Origin: a virus
Taxonomy: Duplodnaviria; Caudoviricetes
DNA: 64,000 nt
Virus record (IMG/VR): IMGVR_UViG_2634166501_000001
Location: 964 to 64,963 of that record
Reading direction: 5' to 3' (one strand)
Under the pieces are notes generated by a model. That model searched no databases, had not been told where the DNA came from, and saw nothing but the letters and a program-made list of their open reading frames with translations. Shown here in pieces: positions 28,836 through 38,861 of the stretch. Every line of letters starts with the position of its first letter. The stretch's first letter is position 1. Position numbers and translations under genes: made by a program.

Positions 28836-30056
28836 TTAAAAGCCGAGCTTCACCGCCGTATCGAGAACGATGATGCCGTGATCGTTGACGCGTCCAGTTT
28901 TGTCAGCGAAACGGATTTTCTTAACGCCATTCATCCAGCCGATAGTGATTTCGGTTCGGTTCCCGGCGTCCGTTTTTTCTTCGACGATGGAGAAAGAGTT
29001 ACCCGATTGAGTTTTGCCCCACGCTGTAGCTAGAGCTTGACCGCCCATCAACATAGCGCGATCAATAGTCGTCCCCGCGGTTTTCTGTGAAACCGTAGCC
29101 AACTTATCGTTGTTCGATACCTTGACTGTGGAACCGGCATTGAAGCGAATCGGCATCCCTTTGTACTTACGCACAAGAATGTTGCCCATCATCGCGCACT
29201 CACCAGAGAACACCGGATGCTTGAAATTGCGGCCTCGGTTCAATGCTGATGCGACCAACATCTGCCAATCTTTGTAGCTAGAAGTTTTTTTCCAGCTATC
29301 CCACTGACGAGGCGTTACGTTTAATAGATAGAACGGTTCATCACCTGCCAGTTCGTCTCCATTAAAGCGGATTGGCTGAATCGGGTTCGCCATCTCTTCA
29401 ATGAACAAGTTCAAATTGTCCACCGACTCCATAGAGAAAACATCAGCTTCGTCCAGCTCTTCGAAGCTATTGGCATCACCGCCGAAGAAATGGCGATCAT
29501 GAGTTGGCGGCAACACATCGTTTACCATGATCTCTGCGTACTCTTCGTGAGACTCTTGCGGCACGATGCTGTCTATCGCGAAATGGTCGCCACGCGCACC
29601 AGCAGCATGGATAATCGACACTTGATCTTGAAGATTGTTGAAGTACGGGCCAAGCAGCGTTCGTGCGGTCTTGCGTAGATCATGAGTCGTACGCTGTTGC
29701 GTCATTTTACCGCCAGCATCGACTTGGTGACGGCCTTGGTTGATACCAAGCTCGAAGCTGGTGAAATCGATTGATTCACCACGCCCCGCAATTTTCTTAT
29801 CACCCATTGTCGGACGTTTGTTCAAGTGATGGACAATCTGCATATCCACCGTATCGCCGCCGCCTTTAGAAAGGTCAGTCACACGCACAATAGGAGCGTG
29901 GGAGCTGGTTTGACGCTCCATGCCTTTCTTATCTGGCATGGCTTCTTTGGGGAGTTCTTCGGTCAACATATTGACAAGAGAACGGGCACGAAGCGTAGAG
30001 GTAAATAAGCCAACCTCTTGAATTTTCCGTGCTTGTTGTTTGGTAATGGTAGTCAT
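28836..30056 (-). CDS. Major capsid protein (N4-gp56/DUF4043 type)
   Basis: PIVRVTDLSKGGGDTV, MTQQRTTHDLR, DHGIIVLDTA. Confidence 0.88.
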   Translation of the reverse strand: MTTITKQQARKIQEVGLFTSTLRARSLVNMLTEELPKEAMPDKKGMERQTSSHAPIVRVTDLSKGGGDTVDMQIVHHLNKRPTMGDKKIAGRGESIDFTSFELGINQGRHQVDAGGKMTQQRTTHDLRKTARTLLGPYFNNLQDQVSIIHAAGARGDHFAIDSIVPQESHEEYAEIMVNDVLPPTHDRHFFGGDANSFEELDEADVFSMESVDNLNLFIEEMANPIQPIRFNGDELAGDEPFYLLNVTPRQWDSWKKTSSYKDWQMLVASALNRGRNFKHPVFSGECAMMGNILVRKYKGMPIRFNAGSTVKVSNNDKLATVSQKTAGTTIDRAMLMGGQALATAWGKTQSGNSFSIVEEKTDAGNRTEITIGWMNGVKKIRFADKTGRVNDHGIIVLDTAVKLGF

Positions 30057-30074
30057 TTGTCAAACTCCAGACAT

Positions 30075-30105
30075 AAAAAAACCCCGCTCTTTCGAACGGG
30101 GTTGG
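30075..30105 (-). terminator. Intrinsic terminator before the capsid gene
   Basis: AACCCCG...CGGGGTT hairpin with T-run on the minus strand. Confidence 0.6.
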
Positions 30106-30121
30106 TTATTTGCTGCGGCGT

Positions 30122-31129
30122 CTACACGCCTGCCATTTCAAGTAGTGCTTCAATTTCTGCTGTGCTCTTACCTTGCATCATCGCCATCAAGCCTTCGGCA
30201 TCTGCGTTTGCCATCTTTTCCAGCTCAGAGGGCTGATGCTTACTAGTAGAGCCAACAGCGCTAGGCGAAGAAGGCAGAGAGTTTTTCACTTGGCTCTCCA
30301 CCTCTTCAGCTTTAGCTTTTATGTCTTGCTCAGTGATCTGCGACGCAGGCGCAGGTTCTGGCACCGACATTTCGGCTTTGGTCAGATTAACCACTTCGGC
30401 AAAGCGCTCTGCCAGTGGCTTGTTTGCCCAATTTGGATCGGCACTTAAACGGTCATCAATCTCACACGCCTTTTGCCATTGCTCTCCACCTTTCTCGCGC
30501 CAAGAAGATAGATCAGCATTCCCTTGAAGCGCTTCAAAGATGGGGTCAACGTTAGGTTTCTGTGTTTCCTGTGGCGATGTATCGGCTTGCTTCGCCGCAC
30601 CATTGGTTTTCGCAACGACGACCTTCAAGATTTTACCAATCTCTGGATAGTCATCCATTAGAGCGTCAAGCTGTTCATCGGAAATTGACAAGTTCTCTGG
30701 TAAGTCCTCAGGTTCAACGCCGAGCTTTTCCAACTGCTTATTGCGAATTTCAAGTAAGCGCTCATTCTGGCTAAGCTTTTCACGATCTTTTTCAAGCTCT
30801 TCGAGCTTAGCTTTCAGTTGCTTGTTAGTCTCACGTTCACGCTCAAGCGTTTCGTAAGGGATAACGTGCTCACCATCTTTCGCTACAATGCCAATTGGCT
30901 TTTGTTCCGCTACCTGCTGCTCTTTAACTTGTGCGGGTGCCGAGTCCGCAGCATCACTATCGGCAATGTCAGTATCCGAGCTACCATCCAGAGTCGTGTC
31001 ACCAAGCTCAATGGGTTCATCGTCGTCATGCTCTGGATCGTCATCCAACACGCCATCAATGCTATCAAGCAAGGCTTCAAGCTCTTCGGGGGTTTCACTA
31101 CCAGTTAAATTGTCTAGATTGATTCCCAT
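30122..31129 (-). CDS. Scaffolding protein
   Basis: Acidic, coiled-coil, KDGEHVIPYE motif, upstream of the capsid gene. Confidence 0.7.
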   Translation of the reverse strand: MGINLDNLTGSETPEELEALLDSIDGVLDDDPEHDDDEPIELGDTTLDGSSDTDIADSDAADSAPAQVKEQQVAEQKPIGIVAKDGEHVIPYETLERERETNKQLKAKLEELEKDREKLSQNERLLEIRNKQLEKLGVEPEDLPENLSISDEQLDALMDDYPEIGKILKVVVAKTNGAAKQADTSPQETQKPNVDPIFEALQGNADLSSWREKGGEQWQKACEIDDRLSADPNWANKPLAERFAEVVNLTKAEMSVPEPAPASQITEQDIKAKAEEVESQVKNSLPSSPSAVGSTSKHQPSELEKMANADAEGLMAMMQGKSTAEIEALLEMAGV

Positions 31130-31388
31130 TTGTACTTCTCCTGTGTAGACGTATCGCTGTCTGTGCGCGTAAGCACTCTGTTAAAAAATGCTTACGAGCT
31201 CAGGCAAGCAATATCAAATTCGGTGGGTTGAGCGGTTTTAATGCAAGCGCATGTAAGAAGTTGGGCGTCTTGCTCTGGGTAGTCGGTGATCACAGCCTTG
31301 CCAATAGGCACTGAGCGAAAACCTTGGTCGCATAAAAAAACCGATAGCCCTTGAGCCATCGGTTCTGTGTAGCATTCGAGTTTGAGCA

Positions 31389-31988
31389 TTAGATGTAGTT
31401 TCGCTGTTCGAAAACACTGCGGCGAACGTGGTAGATATCTTTCTCATCCAAGAAGCAAACGAAGTCGCCAGCATTAACAGGCTCGAAATGGGCAAACTGG
31501 TAGCACTCACCACCAATCGCAATCTCACTCAAGCATGGACCACCTGATTCTGCTTGTTTGAGTGGGATAATTACTTCATCTGGTTTCACTTCATAGGCAA
31601 TGCGCTCTATGGCCTTGCCCTGATAAACCTTGAATTCATTCAAAACGGCATGAGGTTTTGGTTTGTTAGTATTTGCACAGGCATTTCCGGTACTTGGATC
31701 GCCAAAGCGATCACTCGTTTTGCCCGTCACTTTCAGCAAGTAGCCTTCAAGCTCCCATAGTTTGTTAACTGCCGACTGTACGCAACGCTCTTTCGCGTAC
31801 TTGCAGCCGTCTTCCCATTTGTAGTTTTCCGGATCGACACAAGCTGATTCGCCGTAAGCCACTTGAAAACCATTGGGCAGAAAAGCCCAACATCCTGTTA
31901 CCGTTGTGTTCTCAACTCGAGCAAACTTGAATTCAAGCTGGTCAACCAAGTTAAGGATGTGTTCCTTTTGCACTTTCATCTTTTGCAC
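31389..31988 (-). CDS. Gp49/Sf6-gp66 family protein (Acb4-like sponge) fused to a second domain
   Basis: TxCxxxLPNGFQV..GESACVDPENY...KLWELEGYLL signature. Confidence 0.7.
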   Translation of the reverse strand: MQKMKVQKEHILNLVDQLEFKFARVENTTVTGCWAFLPNGFQVAYGESACVDPENYKWEDGCKYAKERCVQSAVNKLWELEGYLLKVTGKTSDRFGDPSTGNACANTNKPKPHAVLNEFKVYQGKAIERIAYEVKPDEVIIPLKQAESGGPCLSEIAIGGECYQFAHFEPVNAGDFVCFLDEKDIYHVRRSVFEQRNYI

Positions 31989-32004
31989 CCAAATTTCGCC
32001 AAAT

Positions 32005-32079
32005 AAAAAAGCCCCGACCAGTTAAGGGCGAGGCTTTGCATGATGGGAGAAATGTACCCCACATTTTGGCGCCGTTCAA
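32005..32079 (-). promoter_or_regulatory. pR'-like promoter plus immediate terminator (copy 2)
   Basis: TTGAAC-17-TACATT with CCAAAA..GG spacer, CCCATCATG, then hairpin and T6. Confidence 0.6.
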
Positions 32080-34152
32080 TTACAACGTCAGAGCTTCCAA
32101 TTGCTGCTCAATCATATTGGCCCATTGAGCTCGGATTTGCTGCAACTCTTGATTCATTCGCTCTACTTCCTGCAGAAGCTTGCCCGTTTCAGCTTGTGTC
32201 TTGGCATCGTTGTATCGCGCTGAATTTGCGGCCGCTCTCTCTTTCTCTGCAGCAGCAATGGCCCTCTCAACTTCGGCTTCGAGTTTCTTCACTTTCGCTT
32301 CCATCTCACGCATCGCCAATTGCATCTGAGCTTCCTGCTGTTGCTGCTGAGCCTGAATAGCCGCTAACTCTTCCTCGCTCATCTCCTCTTGAGGCTTCTG
32401 AATACCAATCGCATCGCGAACCCGATCAATAAACTCGGCTTTGTTTGGAATATCGGTCAGTTCAGCCACAAGGTCTATTACGGCAACTTGAACCTCTGGC
32501 GGCATCTGGGCGGTAATTTGCATCATGCGATCTGCAAGCTGCTGTTTATAAGCCGCGGTCTGTTGGACTGGTGCCAACGCAATGTGTGCTCGTAGCTTCG
32601 TGATGTCGTTGCTTAAACCTTCATCCGTTTCTTGGTTAATCATCACATGCTTGCGCTTACGTCTGTCTTCACGATTAATCGTTACTGGTACGTTTCTGCG
32701 TCCCTTGAGGTCCGTAATTAAGTAACCAAGGATCAACTCTCCGAGTAGCTGGCAAGAGTAGCGATAGTTATCATTGATTTCAGCGAGTGTCGTGGCTCCT
32801 TGTTCGACCAGATTTGCGATTGCAACACCACTCGCTGCATTGGACTCTTGACCTAGAAAAGCCCCATATACGCCCATGGTATCTTGAATCAACTTCATTG
32901 ATTCTTGCATGACCGCAAATTGCTGTTGAGCAATGGCAAAATCCTGCTCAACTTTGAACGCATCTGATACCGATTTTTTGTTGCGCCGTTCCGGGTTGAG
33001 CTCAATGTAGCCATCAGCGCGCTCTATCTCTGTCAACACACTCTCACGGCTCATGTTTGTCGCATCTTGGTCGGCGATGACACGTTTGGCTTGCAGTAAC
33101 CAAGTCAGCTTGATACGTCTAAAGTTCACTTCATCCTGTGCAGGAATTGCTCGAGCAATCAACCCATACGGTTCACCGTTCGCATCTTTGCGGTAACCAA
33201 AGAAAGGAACAAGCGGAAACAACCCCTGAGGCGCATCACACTCTTTATCGCCGAGATGGTGCGGCCCTGCGTACCAACTCTCAATGATTCGGCTGACTTG
33301 AGCCATTCGCACATTTGCCTTACCGAGTGCTGCTGCAGTCGCATGCACCAAGTTATTTTTATCGAACTCAATCACTCGTCCATTTTGCAACTCGATTACC
33401 GGCTTTCTCTCCATCGTCCGGTAGTAAATCACCTGCAGACGAATACGTTTTCGGTTTTGGGATAGCCACTCGGTTTGCTTACGACTGTAGCCTTTGTACT
33501 CTTCATAGGCATTGACCAGATTAGATTCCATGCCCTCAACCAGTTCTGTTTCAACAAACCCATGCCAACCATTGGCCGCGTTCTCTAAGATGTCAGCCTT
33601 GTGCGGCACCAATGTCATCAGCTCATCAACGTCAATCCAGCGACAGCGCATTACCCATCTTGCATCGGACCAGTCAGGTTCTTTTGATAACCAGTCCCAA
33701 TACACTTCATCGCGAGGAACACTTTGAATCTTATACTTAGGACCAAAGAGGTTTTCATTTCGAAAGACTTCGACGACACCAAAGCCGCATTTTATTTGAG
33801 ATGAGTAAGCATCAGAGCGGGCTTTATCCAACTTACTAAGACGACAAATGTCCTTGAACTGCTCGTTGATTGCCTCTGCGAGTTCATCAAACTCTTTGCT
33901 TGGGTCATCGGCCATCACAACTAGGTCAGTGCGAGTCTTTGCCTCCATGCCAAGCACACCGTCAACGGTTGGCGCAATCAGGTTGTGCATTGTCATCGGT
34001 TGATCGCGTTCTTTAAGCACTTCAATGACTTTCGGTGCAAGCTGGTCGCCGTCGTAGTAAGCGCAGGCCTTGTTCGCGTTGGTTCTCCATCCGGGTTGTC
34101 CGTCGATATCAGACATGATCTCTAGGAGTTTTTGTTGCTCGATTTTTTTCAT
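32080..34152 (-). CDS. Portal protein
   Basis: YYDGDQL, NLIAPTVDGVLGME, QDEVNFRR; follows the terminase. Confidence 0.9.
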   Translation of the reverse strand: MKKIEQQKLLEIMSDIDGQPGWRTNANKACAYYDGDQLAPKVIEVLKERDQPMTMHNLIAPTVDGVLGMEAKTRTDLVVMADDPSKEFDELAEAINEQFKDICRLSKLDKARSDAYSSQIKCGFGVVEVFRNENLFGPKYKIQSVPRDEVYWDWLSKEPDWSDARWVMRCRWIDVDELMTLVPHKADILENAANGWHGFVETELVEGMESNLVNAYEEYKGYSRKQTEWLSQNRKRIRLQVIYYRTMERKPVIELQNGRVIEFDKNNLVHATAAALGKANVRMAQVSRIIESWYAGPHHLGDKECDAPQGLFPLVPFFGYRKDANGEPYGLIARAIPAQDEVNFRRIKLTWLLQAKRVIADQDATNMSRESVLTEIERADGYIELNPERRNKKSVSDAFKVEQDFAIAQQQFAVMQESMKLIQDTMGVYGAFLGQESNAASGVAIANLVEQGATTLAEINDNYRYSCQLLGELILGYLITDLKGRRNVPVTINREDRRKRKHVMINQETDEGLSNDITKLRAHIALAPVQQTAAYKQQLADRMMQITAQMPPEVQVAVIDLVAELTDIPNKAEFIDRVRDAIGIQKPQEEMSEEELAAIQAQQQQQEAQMQLAMREMEAKVKKLEAEVERAIAAAEKERAAANSARYNDAKTQAETGKLLQEVERMNQELQQIRAQWANMIEQQLEALTL

Positions 34153-35828
34153 TAGTGCGCCATCCAGTGCTTGGGTTCGCGTTTAATTGGAGAGGATTTG
34201 TGTGTGATTGGCATTCTTGCCCGCATTTCTTGGGCGATGGCGTAGCTCATGACTTGATCGTCAAAGCAGCCCTCTTGAGCGTTCATTGAGCCGTTTTTTT
34301 GATAGACGTAAGTGGTTATTTCGCTAATCGTGCCAATCCAGCGGATGCCAGATTGCCTATTGCGAAGCAGGGTCTTTAATCCCTCGGTTAAAATTGGCTT
34401 GCTGTATTTATTGGTGAGCCAGCCAAGTTTCACCGTTTCATCTTCATCGGCCCTATCAATATATTGCTCAGAGTAAATTCGGCTGAGTTTGTAATGCTTT
34501 TTAAACTCAAGAATGAAAGCGTGGCCATGGTTATTGCGCTCTGGCCCTGCATAAGCCCAGTTGTAAAGCTTGCCGATGTGCGCTGCCAACTGAGCAAAAA
34601 GCTCTACATCCAAATGCCCGTACCAATGAGCCACTTGCTCGCCAGTGCTTCGCTTAACGACATCAAGACTGCAGCGGTCACCGTGTTCAAGTCCTTCTGC
34701 AATATCGATACCCATCGCATAATCTTCATCTTTCTCGGGCAGTTCCCAAACCAGCAGCATGTTCATCACTGAGTTCTGCCCCTGCTCATCCATTGTTTCT
34801 GGTTTATTAGCTCTGGCCATGTTCCCGGTTACGGGTTCAACGTCATAGACAATGAGCGGATTCATCGTTTCGCCTTCAGCTTGCATGGTACTGAGCGAGT
34901 CAAAGACGCGACGGCCAGAAGTAAGAAATGCTTCAAGCGGCGTAGACGGAAACTCCTGCTTCATCTCATCGCGTTGTTCCGCTTCTTTCAACACGTACCA
35001 TTGGCGCTGCTCATCATCGATTTCGCAATTCATCGCATCCTCGATAGCGTCAAAGTACTCTCTCTGGGTTTTACTTATCACAAGCCCAGTTTCAGGCACT
35101 TTGGCGCGATACTTCGGATCTTGCCACCACGCGAAAAAATGAAACTTCCAGTCGAGCTGAGTTAGCGGCTTTTCAATGCGACTCATCTCTAGCGACTTCA
35201 TCGTCATGTTGTAGAAATCACCGCCAACGCCCTCGGCAGTGGATTCGATGAATGCAATACATCCAGGATGGACGGCGTTAAGCGTCCCTGTTCGAACCTC
35301 TTTCGCTTTCGCAGGATACTTAGCGCAGATTTTGCCATGCTCTGAAACGTGCAAGCGGTGAACGGTACCAGAACGAAACGACGTCGCTACTTGAATGCTT
35401 GAACCATGTTCAAAAACAATGTAGCCGCCAGTTGAACCAGAGCGCCTGCTTTTAACTTTAAATCGCGTCTTGAGCCAAGCTGGCAAGTTATCAAACGGTA
35501 CCTCAATCTTGGTTCGATAAATTTCACCTGACGCGGATTGGTCTTGTGCGATAATCCCGCACTTTAAGTTATTGTTAAAAAGCGCTTCATCGAGCAGGTA
35601 GATATCAATAGCCGTTGAGAAACCAAGCTGCCGCGCTTTTAAGATAATGTTGAGATACCACATCATCTCAAAGAGCAAACGCTGAGCGGGTCGAAGCCGG
35701 AAGCGAACTAACTGCCCCTGCTCGTTCTCGATCATGTAGAGATTATCGAGACGCCACCATTTATCGCTGAGTTTGTCCTCAATCTCGAGGAGTTCAGCAT
35801 CGGAGATTTCTTCAAACTGATGTGTCAT
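34152..35828 (-). CDS. terL: Terminase large subunit
   Basis: ILKARQLGFST, LHVSEHG, ESTAEG, GIDIAEG, DDQVMS. Confidence 0.95.
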   Translation of the reverse strand: MTHQFEEISDAELLEIEDKLSDKWWRLDNLYMIENEQGQLVRFRLRPAQRLLFEMMWYLNIILKARQLGFSTAIDIYLLDEALFNNNLKCGIIAQDQSASGEIYRTKIEVPFDNLPAWLKTRFKVKSRRSGSTGGYIVFEHGSSIQVATSFRSGTVHRLHVSEHGKICAKYPAKAKEVRTGTLNAVHPGCIAFIESTAEGVGGDFYNMTMKSLEMSRIEKPLTQLDWKFHFFAWWQDPKYRAKVPETGLVISKTQREYFDAIEDAMNCEIDDEQRQWYVLKEAEQRDEMKQEFPSTPLEAFLTSGRRVFDSLSTMQAEGETMNPLIVYDVEPVTGNMARANKPETMDEQGQNSVMNMLLVWELPEKDEDYAMGIDIAEGLEHGDRCSLDVVKRSTGEQVAHWYGHLDVELFAQLAAHIGKLYNWAYAGPERNNHGHAFILEFKKHYKLSRIYSEQYIDRADEDETVKLGWLTNKYSKPILTEGLKTLLRNRQSGIRWIGTISEITTYVYQKNGSMNAQEGCFDDQVMSYAIAQEMRARMPITHKSSPIKREPKHWMAH

Positions 35829-36712
35829 TGCGTCTTGCTCATCAAGCCATCGCCGCCCATGGCGCGAATATCATCAAGAATCTTGGAAACTGGCGTGTCG
35901 TCGCCTTTGCCCTCTTTACTGATTTTGTCAGCTTCTAGGCCAAGTTTGCGCGCTGCGTTTTCAACTCGCTTAGTATCAGCAACGATGTGTGGCACTTTGA
36001 CTGTATCGATTTTCAAAGCGGAAAGCGTTCGAGTAATCGACTCAATACGGCTAGTCAACGAGCCCAATCCATTTTCAATTCGATAGTAGGATTCATACAG
36101 CGAAACGCGGTCCTCGATGCTATTTGCGTTTTTAATGTCGTCCATGCATTGAGAAAGCGCCTCCGCGCCAGATTGAAGACGAACACGACAAAGCTCCAAT
36201 TCATCTTGCAAGTCTGCAATGGCCGCAGCATCAAACTTCTCAAGCTCGTTTTCTTTGAAGTACCTAGCGTAGATGCCATGTTTTCTGGCCCTAGAGTTGC
36301 CTGGCTCTGCGGAATTGCTTGGATTGGGATTGCCAGCGTTGCCAACAGAGATTTTATGACCGGGAAGAAAACGCCCGCTTTCATCTCGTTCGCTTTGTCC
36401 CATGTCATGTTCGTTACTGGGCTCTAAAGCCTCTGACTGCTTGTGATTTTGTTTGTGACCATTTTTTCGTGTCACTTTTTTCTTATCTGCTTTTTGCGCA
36501 CATTGCGCACTTCGACTTTGCGCAGAGTGTTTTTGCGCATTTTGCGCAGTGCGATGCGCAGATTCATCATGCGCAGTGTTACGCACTTTGATATATCGCC
36601 GAGCGGTCTGATAGTTGAGCCCTTCGCTCTCACACCACTCCTTTGCAGAAATGCCAGTTCTCGCGTGGGCAACTTCGAATTTCTTTTGTAATAGTTCCCA
36701 TTTGTTCGACAT
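35825..36712 (-). CDS. terS: Terminase small subunit
   Basis: N-terminal HTH, GNSRARKHGIY motif, overlaps terL. Confidence 0.8.
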   Translation of the reverse strand: MSNKWELLQKKFEVAHARTGISAKEWCESEGLNYQTARRYIKVRNTAHDESAHRTAQNAQKHSAQSRSAQCAQKADKKKVTRKNGHKQNHKQSEALEPSNEHDMGQSERDESGRFLPGHKISVGNAGNPNPSNSAEPGNSRARKHGIYARYFKENELEKFDAAAIADLQDELELCRVRLQSGAEALSQCMDDIKNANSIEDRVSLYESYYRIENGLGSLTSRIESITRTLSALKIDTVKVPHIVADTKRVENAARKLGLEADKISKEGKGDDTPVSKILDDIRAMGGDGLMSKTQ

Positions 36713-36724
36713 GTTTTTCTCTTA

Positions 36725-36916
36725 CTACTTTCTCATAAGCTCGTTGGAGAGTTCCCCTTCCACTACCCAATCCCCGATAACGGGGCGATGGGTAGTTGGG
36801 ATGCAAATGCGTTCACCCGAAGAGAGGTAAACCCGAGCCGATTTGCCGTTATACCCGATAACGCCCTTAATCTTTCCTGTCCGATTTGGTTGACTGACTT
36901 CAGTGAGCTTTTTCAT
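36725..36916 (-). CDS. Small hypothetical protein
   Basis: 63-aa ORF in operon orientation. Confidence 0.45.
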   Translation of the reverse strand: MKKLTEVSQPNRTGKIKGVIGYNGKSARVYLSSGERICIPTTHRPVIGDWVVEGELSNELMRK

Positions 36917-37002
36917 TTGGGCATTCCACTACAAACATAATTGGAGCCACTGCGGTGAGTGGCTCCTGTTATGGCTATGGTGTTATCGGTGAGAGAAGTG
37001 AG

Positions 37003-37290
37003 CTAACCCGGCTTGTTCTTTTGAGTACGCCATTGGAGATACTCGTCGGCTTGGGCTGCGCATTCACTAAGCGCCGCTTTCAACCGCGGGATGTCTTGAG
37101 TAACGATTTGCGGCCAGGTACCGATGACTTGAGGCTTATAACAGGGAACGATAAGCCCCTCGGGAGGGAGAATGTATTCAGTTACTACGATGGGTTCAGG
37201 TTTAGTAGGGCTGGCGCAACTGCTCAGTAACGGTATCAGGGATAGCGCAGCGACTATCCGCCACTTGCTGCTCAAGAAACTGGATGTCAT
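37003..37290 (-). CDS. o-spanin (Rz1-like)
   Basis: Lipobox LSSC, Pro-rich, overlaps the i-spanin. Confidence 0.8.
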   Translation of the reverse strand: MTSSFLSSKWRIVAALSLIPLLSSCASPTKPEPIVVTEYILPPEGLIVPCYKPQVIGTWPQIVTQDIPRLKAALSECAAQADEYLQWRTQKNKPG

Positions 37291-37534
37291 GGCGAAGCTT
37301 TTCCTCCTGCTTTGCGTTTCTGTTGGCTCTTTCGATAAGTAAGGTGTTCATGCGCTCGCGTTCGTTACTGACTTGCTCAAGAAGTGTTTTGCGCATCAGG
37401 CTCGTTGCATTGGCGCTGGCCAGTTGCTCACGTAACAGCGAGTTTTCAGCCTTTTGAGCTTTGATGTGCATAGCCATCCCAAAGAGCGTGGCAATGAGAA
37501 GAGCGGCGACTACCGCTTTACTAGCGAAGCTCAT
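37202..37534 (-). CDS. i-spanin (Rz-like)
   Basis: N-terminal transmembrane helix plus coiled coil after the endolysin. Confidence 0.8.
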   Translation of the reverse strand: MSFASKAVVAALLIATLFGMAMHIKAQKAENSLLREQLASANATSLMRKTLLEQVSNERERMNTLLIERANRNAKQEEKLRHDIQFLEQQVADSRCAIPDTVTEQLRQPY

Positions 37535-38072
37535 TGATAATTTCCGTATCGGTTGGAAGCTGGCCCAGTTGGAGCAGTGCGTCGTAAACAGAGATTTGCC
37601 CGAGACAGAGCTGGGTTTCGATTTCCCGCCTAGAGACTATTCCTCGGCATTGCCACTGCGGATCCCGACAGTCTCTTGGTTCTCCGCCTATCGTGACATA
37701 ACGCCAACGGTTGAACTGATAACAGGCGTATTGGATTTGGCCACGCTGCAGATGACGATAGAGCGTAGAGTTTTCGAGTGCTCCGACTCCGACGTTGTAA
37801 GCAAAGTCCAGCGTAGCGATGTGAACATTGGGCGGGAGTTGATAGGTAAGCTTTTCAAGCGGCTGATTATGCTTTTCTAGAGATTTAGCCAGCATTTCCG
37901 CGCATTGCGCATCAGTGTACTTATCACCCTGTTTAACGCCGTTGGTTTCGCCGTTACAAACGGTCCACACTCCGCCAACGTCCTGATATGCCACATTCTC
38001 TTTGCCCTCGAAAGCAGCCGTCAACGCAACTGCCCCGACAAGCGTTGCACCGATTAGTCTGTTGTACCGCAT
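37521..38072 (-). CDS. GH24 lysozyme (SAR-type endolysin)
   Basis: E-x8-D-x5-T triad in FEGKENVAYQDVGGVWT; FAYNVGVGA; hydrophobic N-terminus. Confidence 0.92.
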   Translation of the reverse strand: MRYNRLIGATLVGAVALTAAFEGKENVAYQDVGGVWTVCNGETNGVKQGDKYTDAQCAEMLAKSLEKHNQPLEKLTYQLPPNVHIATLDFAYNVGVGALENSTLYRHLQRGQIQYACYQFNRWRYVTIGGEPRDCRDPQWQCRGIVSRREIETQLCLGQISVYDALLQLGQLPTDTEIINELR

Positions 38073-38362
38073 TGTTCATGCTTCTGGATGGGAGATTTAG
38101 GATACAGCCATCGAGCGGCCGTTAGCGCGATACCCAAAATAGACAGCGAGGTACCGACCACAAAGGCAATGTCGCTGCCATACCAGGTAAAATTACCCGC
38201 AATGATGTCTGCAAAGCTCGAATTGAGCATGGATTGGTAGTTCTCTACCCCTTTAGCGACACCAACGCCGACGGTTGTGCCGCTACCCACCGCGATAGAC
38301 ATGGTGGCTTTGTCGGTAAGAACGGGGCTGGATGTCTTACCGATGGAAAAGAAGAAGCTCAT
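38054..38362 (-). CDS. Putative holin
   Basis: Small membrane protein directly upstream of the endolysin. Confidence 0.65.
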   Translation of the reverse strand: MSFFFSIGKTSSPVLTDKATMSIAVGSGTTVGVGVAKGVENYQSMLNSSFADIIAGNFTWYGSDIAFVVGTSLSILGIALTAARWLYPKSPIQKHEQCGTTD

Positions 38363-38380
38363 TAATAGTCCCCGGAAACG

Positions 38381-38451
38381 AAAAAACCCCGCCGAAAAGG
38401 CGAGGTTCTACATCATGGGTAATAATTTACCGAACTTTTTGGTTCAGTCAA
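38381..38451 (-). promoter_or_regulatory. Late promoter pR'-like plus tR'-like terminator (copy 1)
   Basis: TTGACT-16-TAAATT with CCAAAAA..GG spacer, CCCATGATG, hairpin and T6, just upstream of the holin. Confidence 0.7.
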
Positions 38452-38501
38452 TGACAGCATAGCCACAGGCTTTAGTTGATTTTCTGGCGGCGATGGTTAT
38501 T

Positions 38502-38861
38502 TCAACGATTTAATCCATCGACTAACTCTGGATGAACACGCGCAATTTTTTCACGAATCGCATTGCAGACGAACGCATTCAAACTCTCACCTTCTGCCGC
38601 AATAACGGCGGCACGATGCAAGTTCTCTCCGGTTCTCACGTTAAAGGAACCTTTGCACGGCTTATTAGGTTCGCGCCCAAGCTCCGCACATGAAGCCAAG
38701 TACTCATCAACAGAGTATTGAAACTCTCGCTCTAGCTCCTTAATCGTGCTGGCTTCATAAGTCACCACGTCGCGAATAAAAGCCAGCTTTCCAAACAGCG
38801 TATTAGTCTCTAGCTCTGGCTCAATTGTGCCAATGTAGCCCTTATACCTTAAGTAAGTCAT
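38502..38861 (-). CDS. hicB: HicB antitoxin
   Basis: YKGYIGTIE...SVDEYL...KGSFNVR...SLNAFV. Confidence 0.9.
   Translation of the reverse strand: MTYLRYKGYIGTIEPELETNTLFGKLAFIRDVVTYEASTIKELEREFQYSVDEYLASCAELGREPNKPCKGSFNVRTGENLHRAAVIAAEGESLNAFVCNAIREKIARVHPELVDGLNR

Noticed and set aside
2720-37900. Numerous 60-150-aa plus-strand ORFs inside the late genes
   Set aside because: Fully antisense to well-supported structural genes, with no RBS or recognisable motifs
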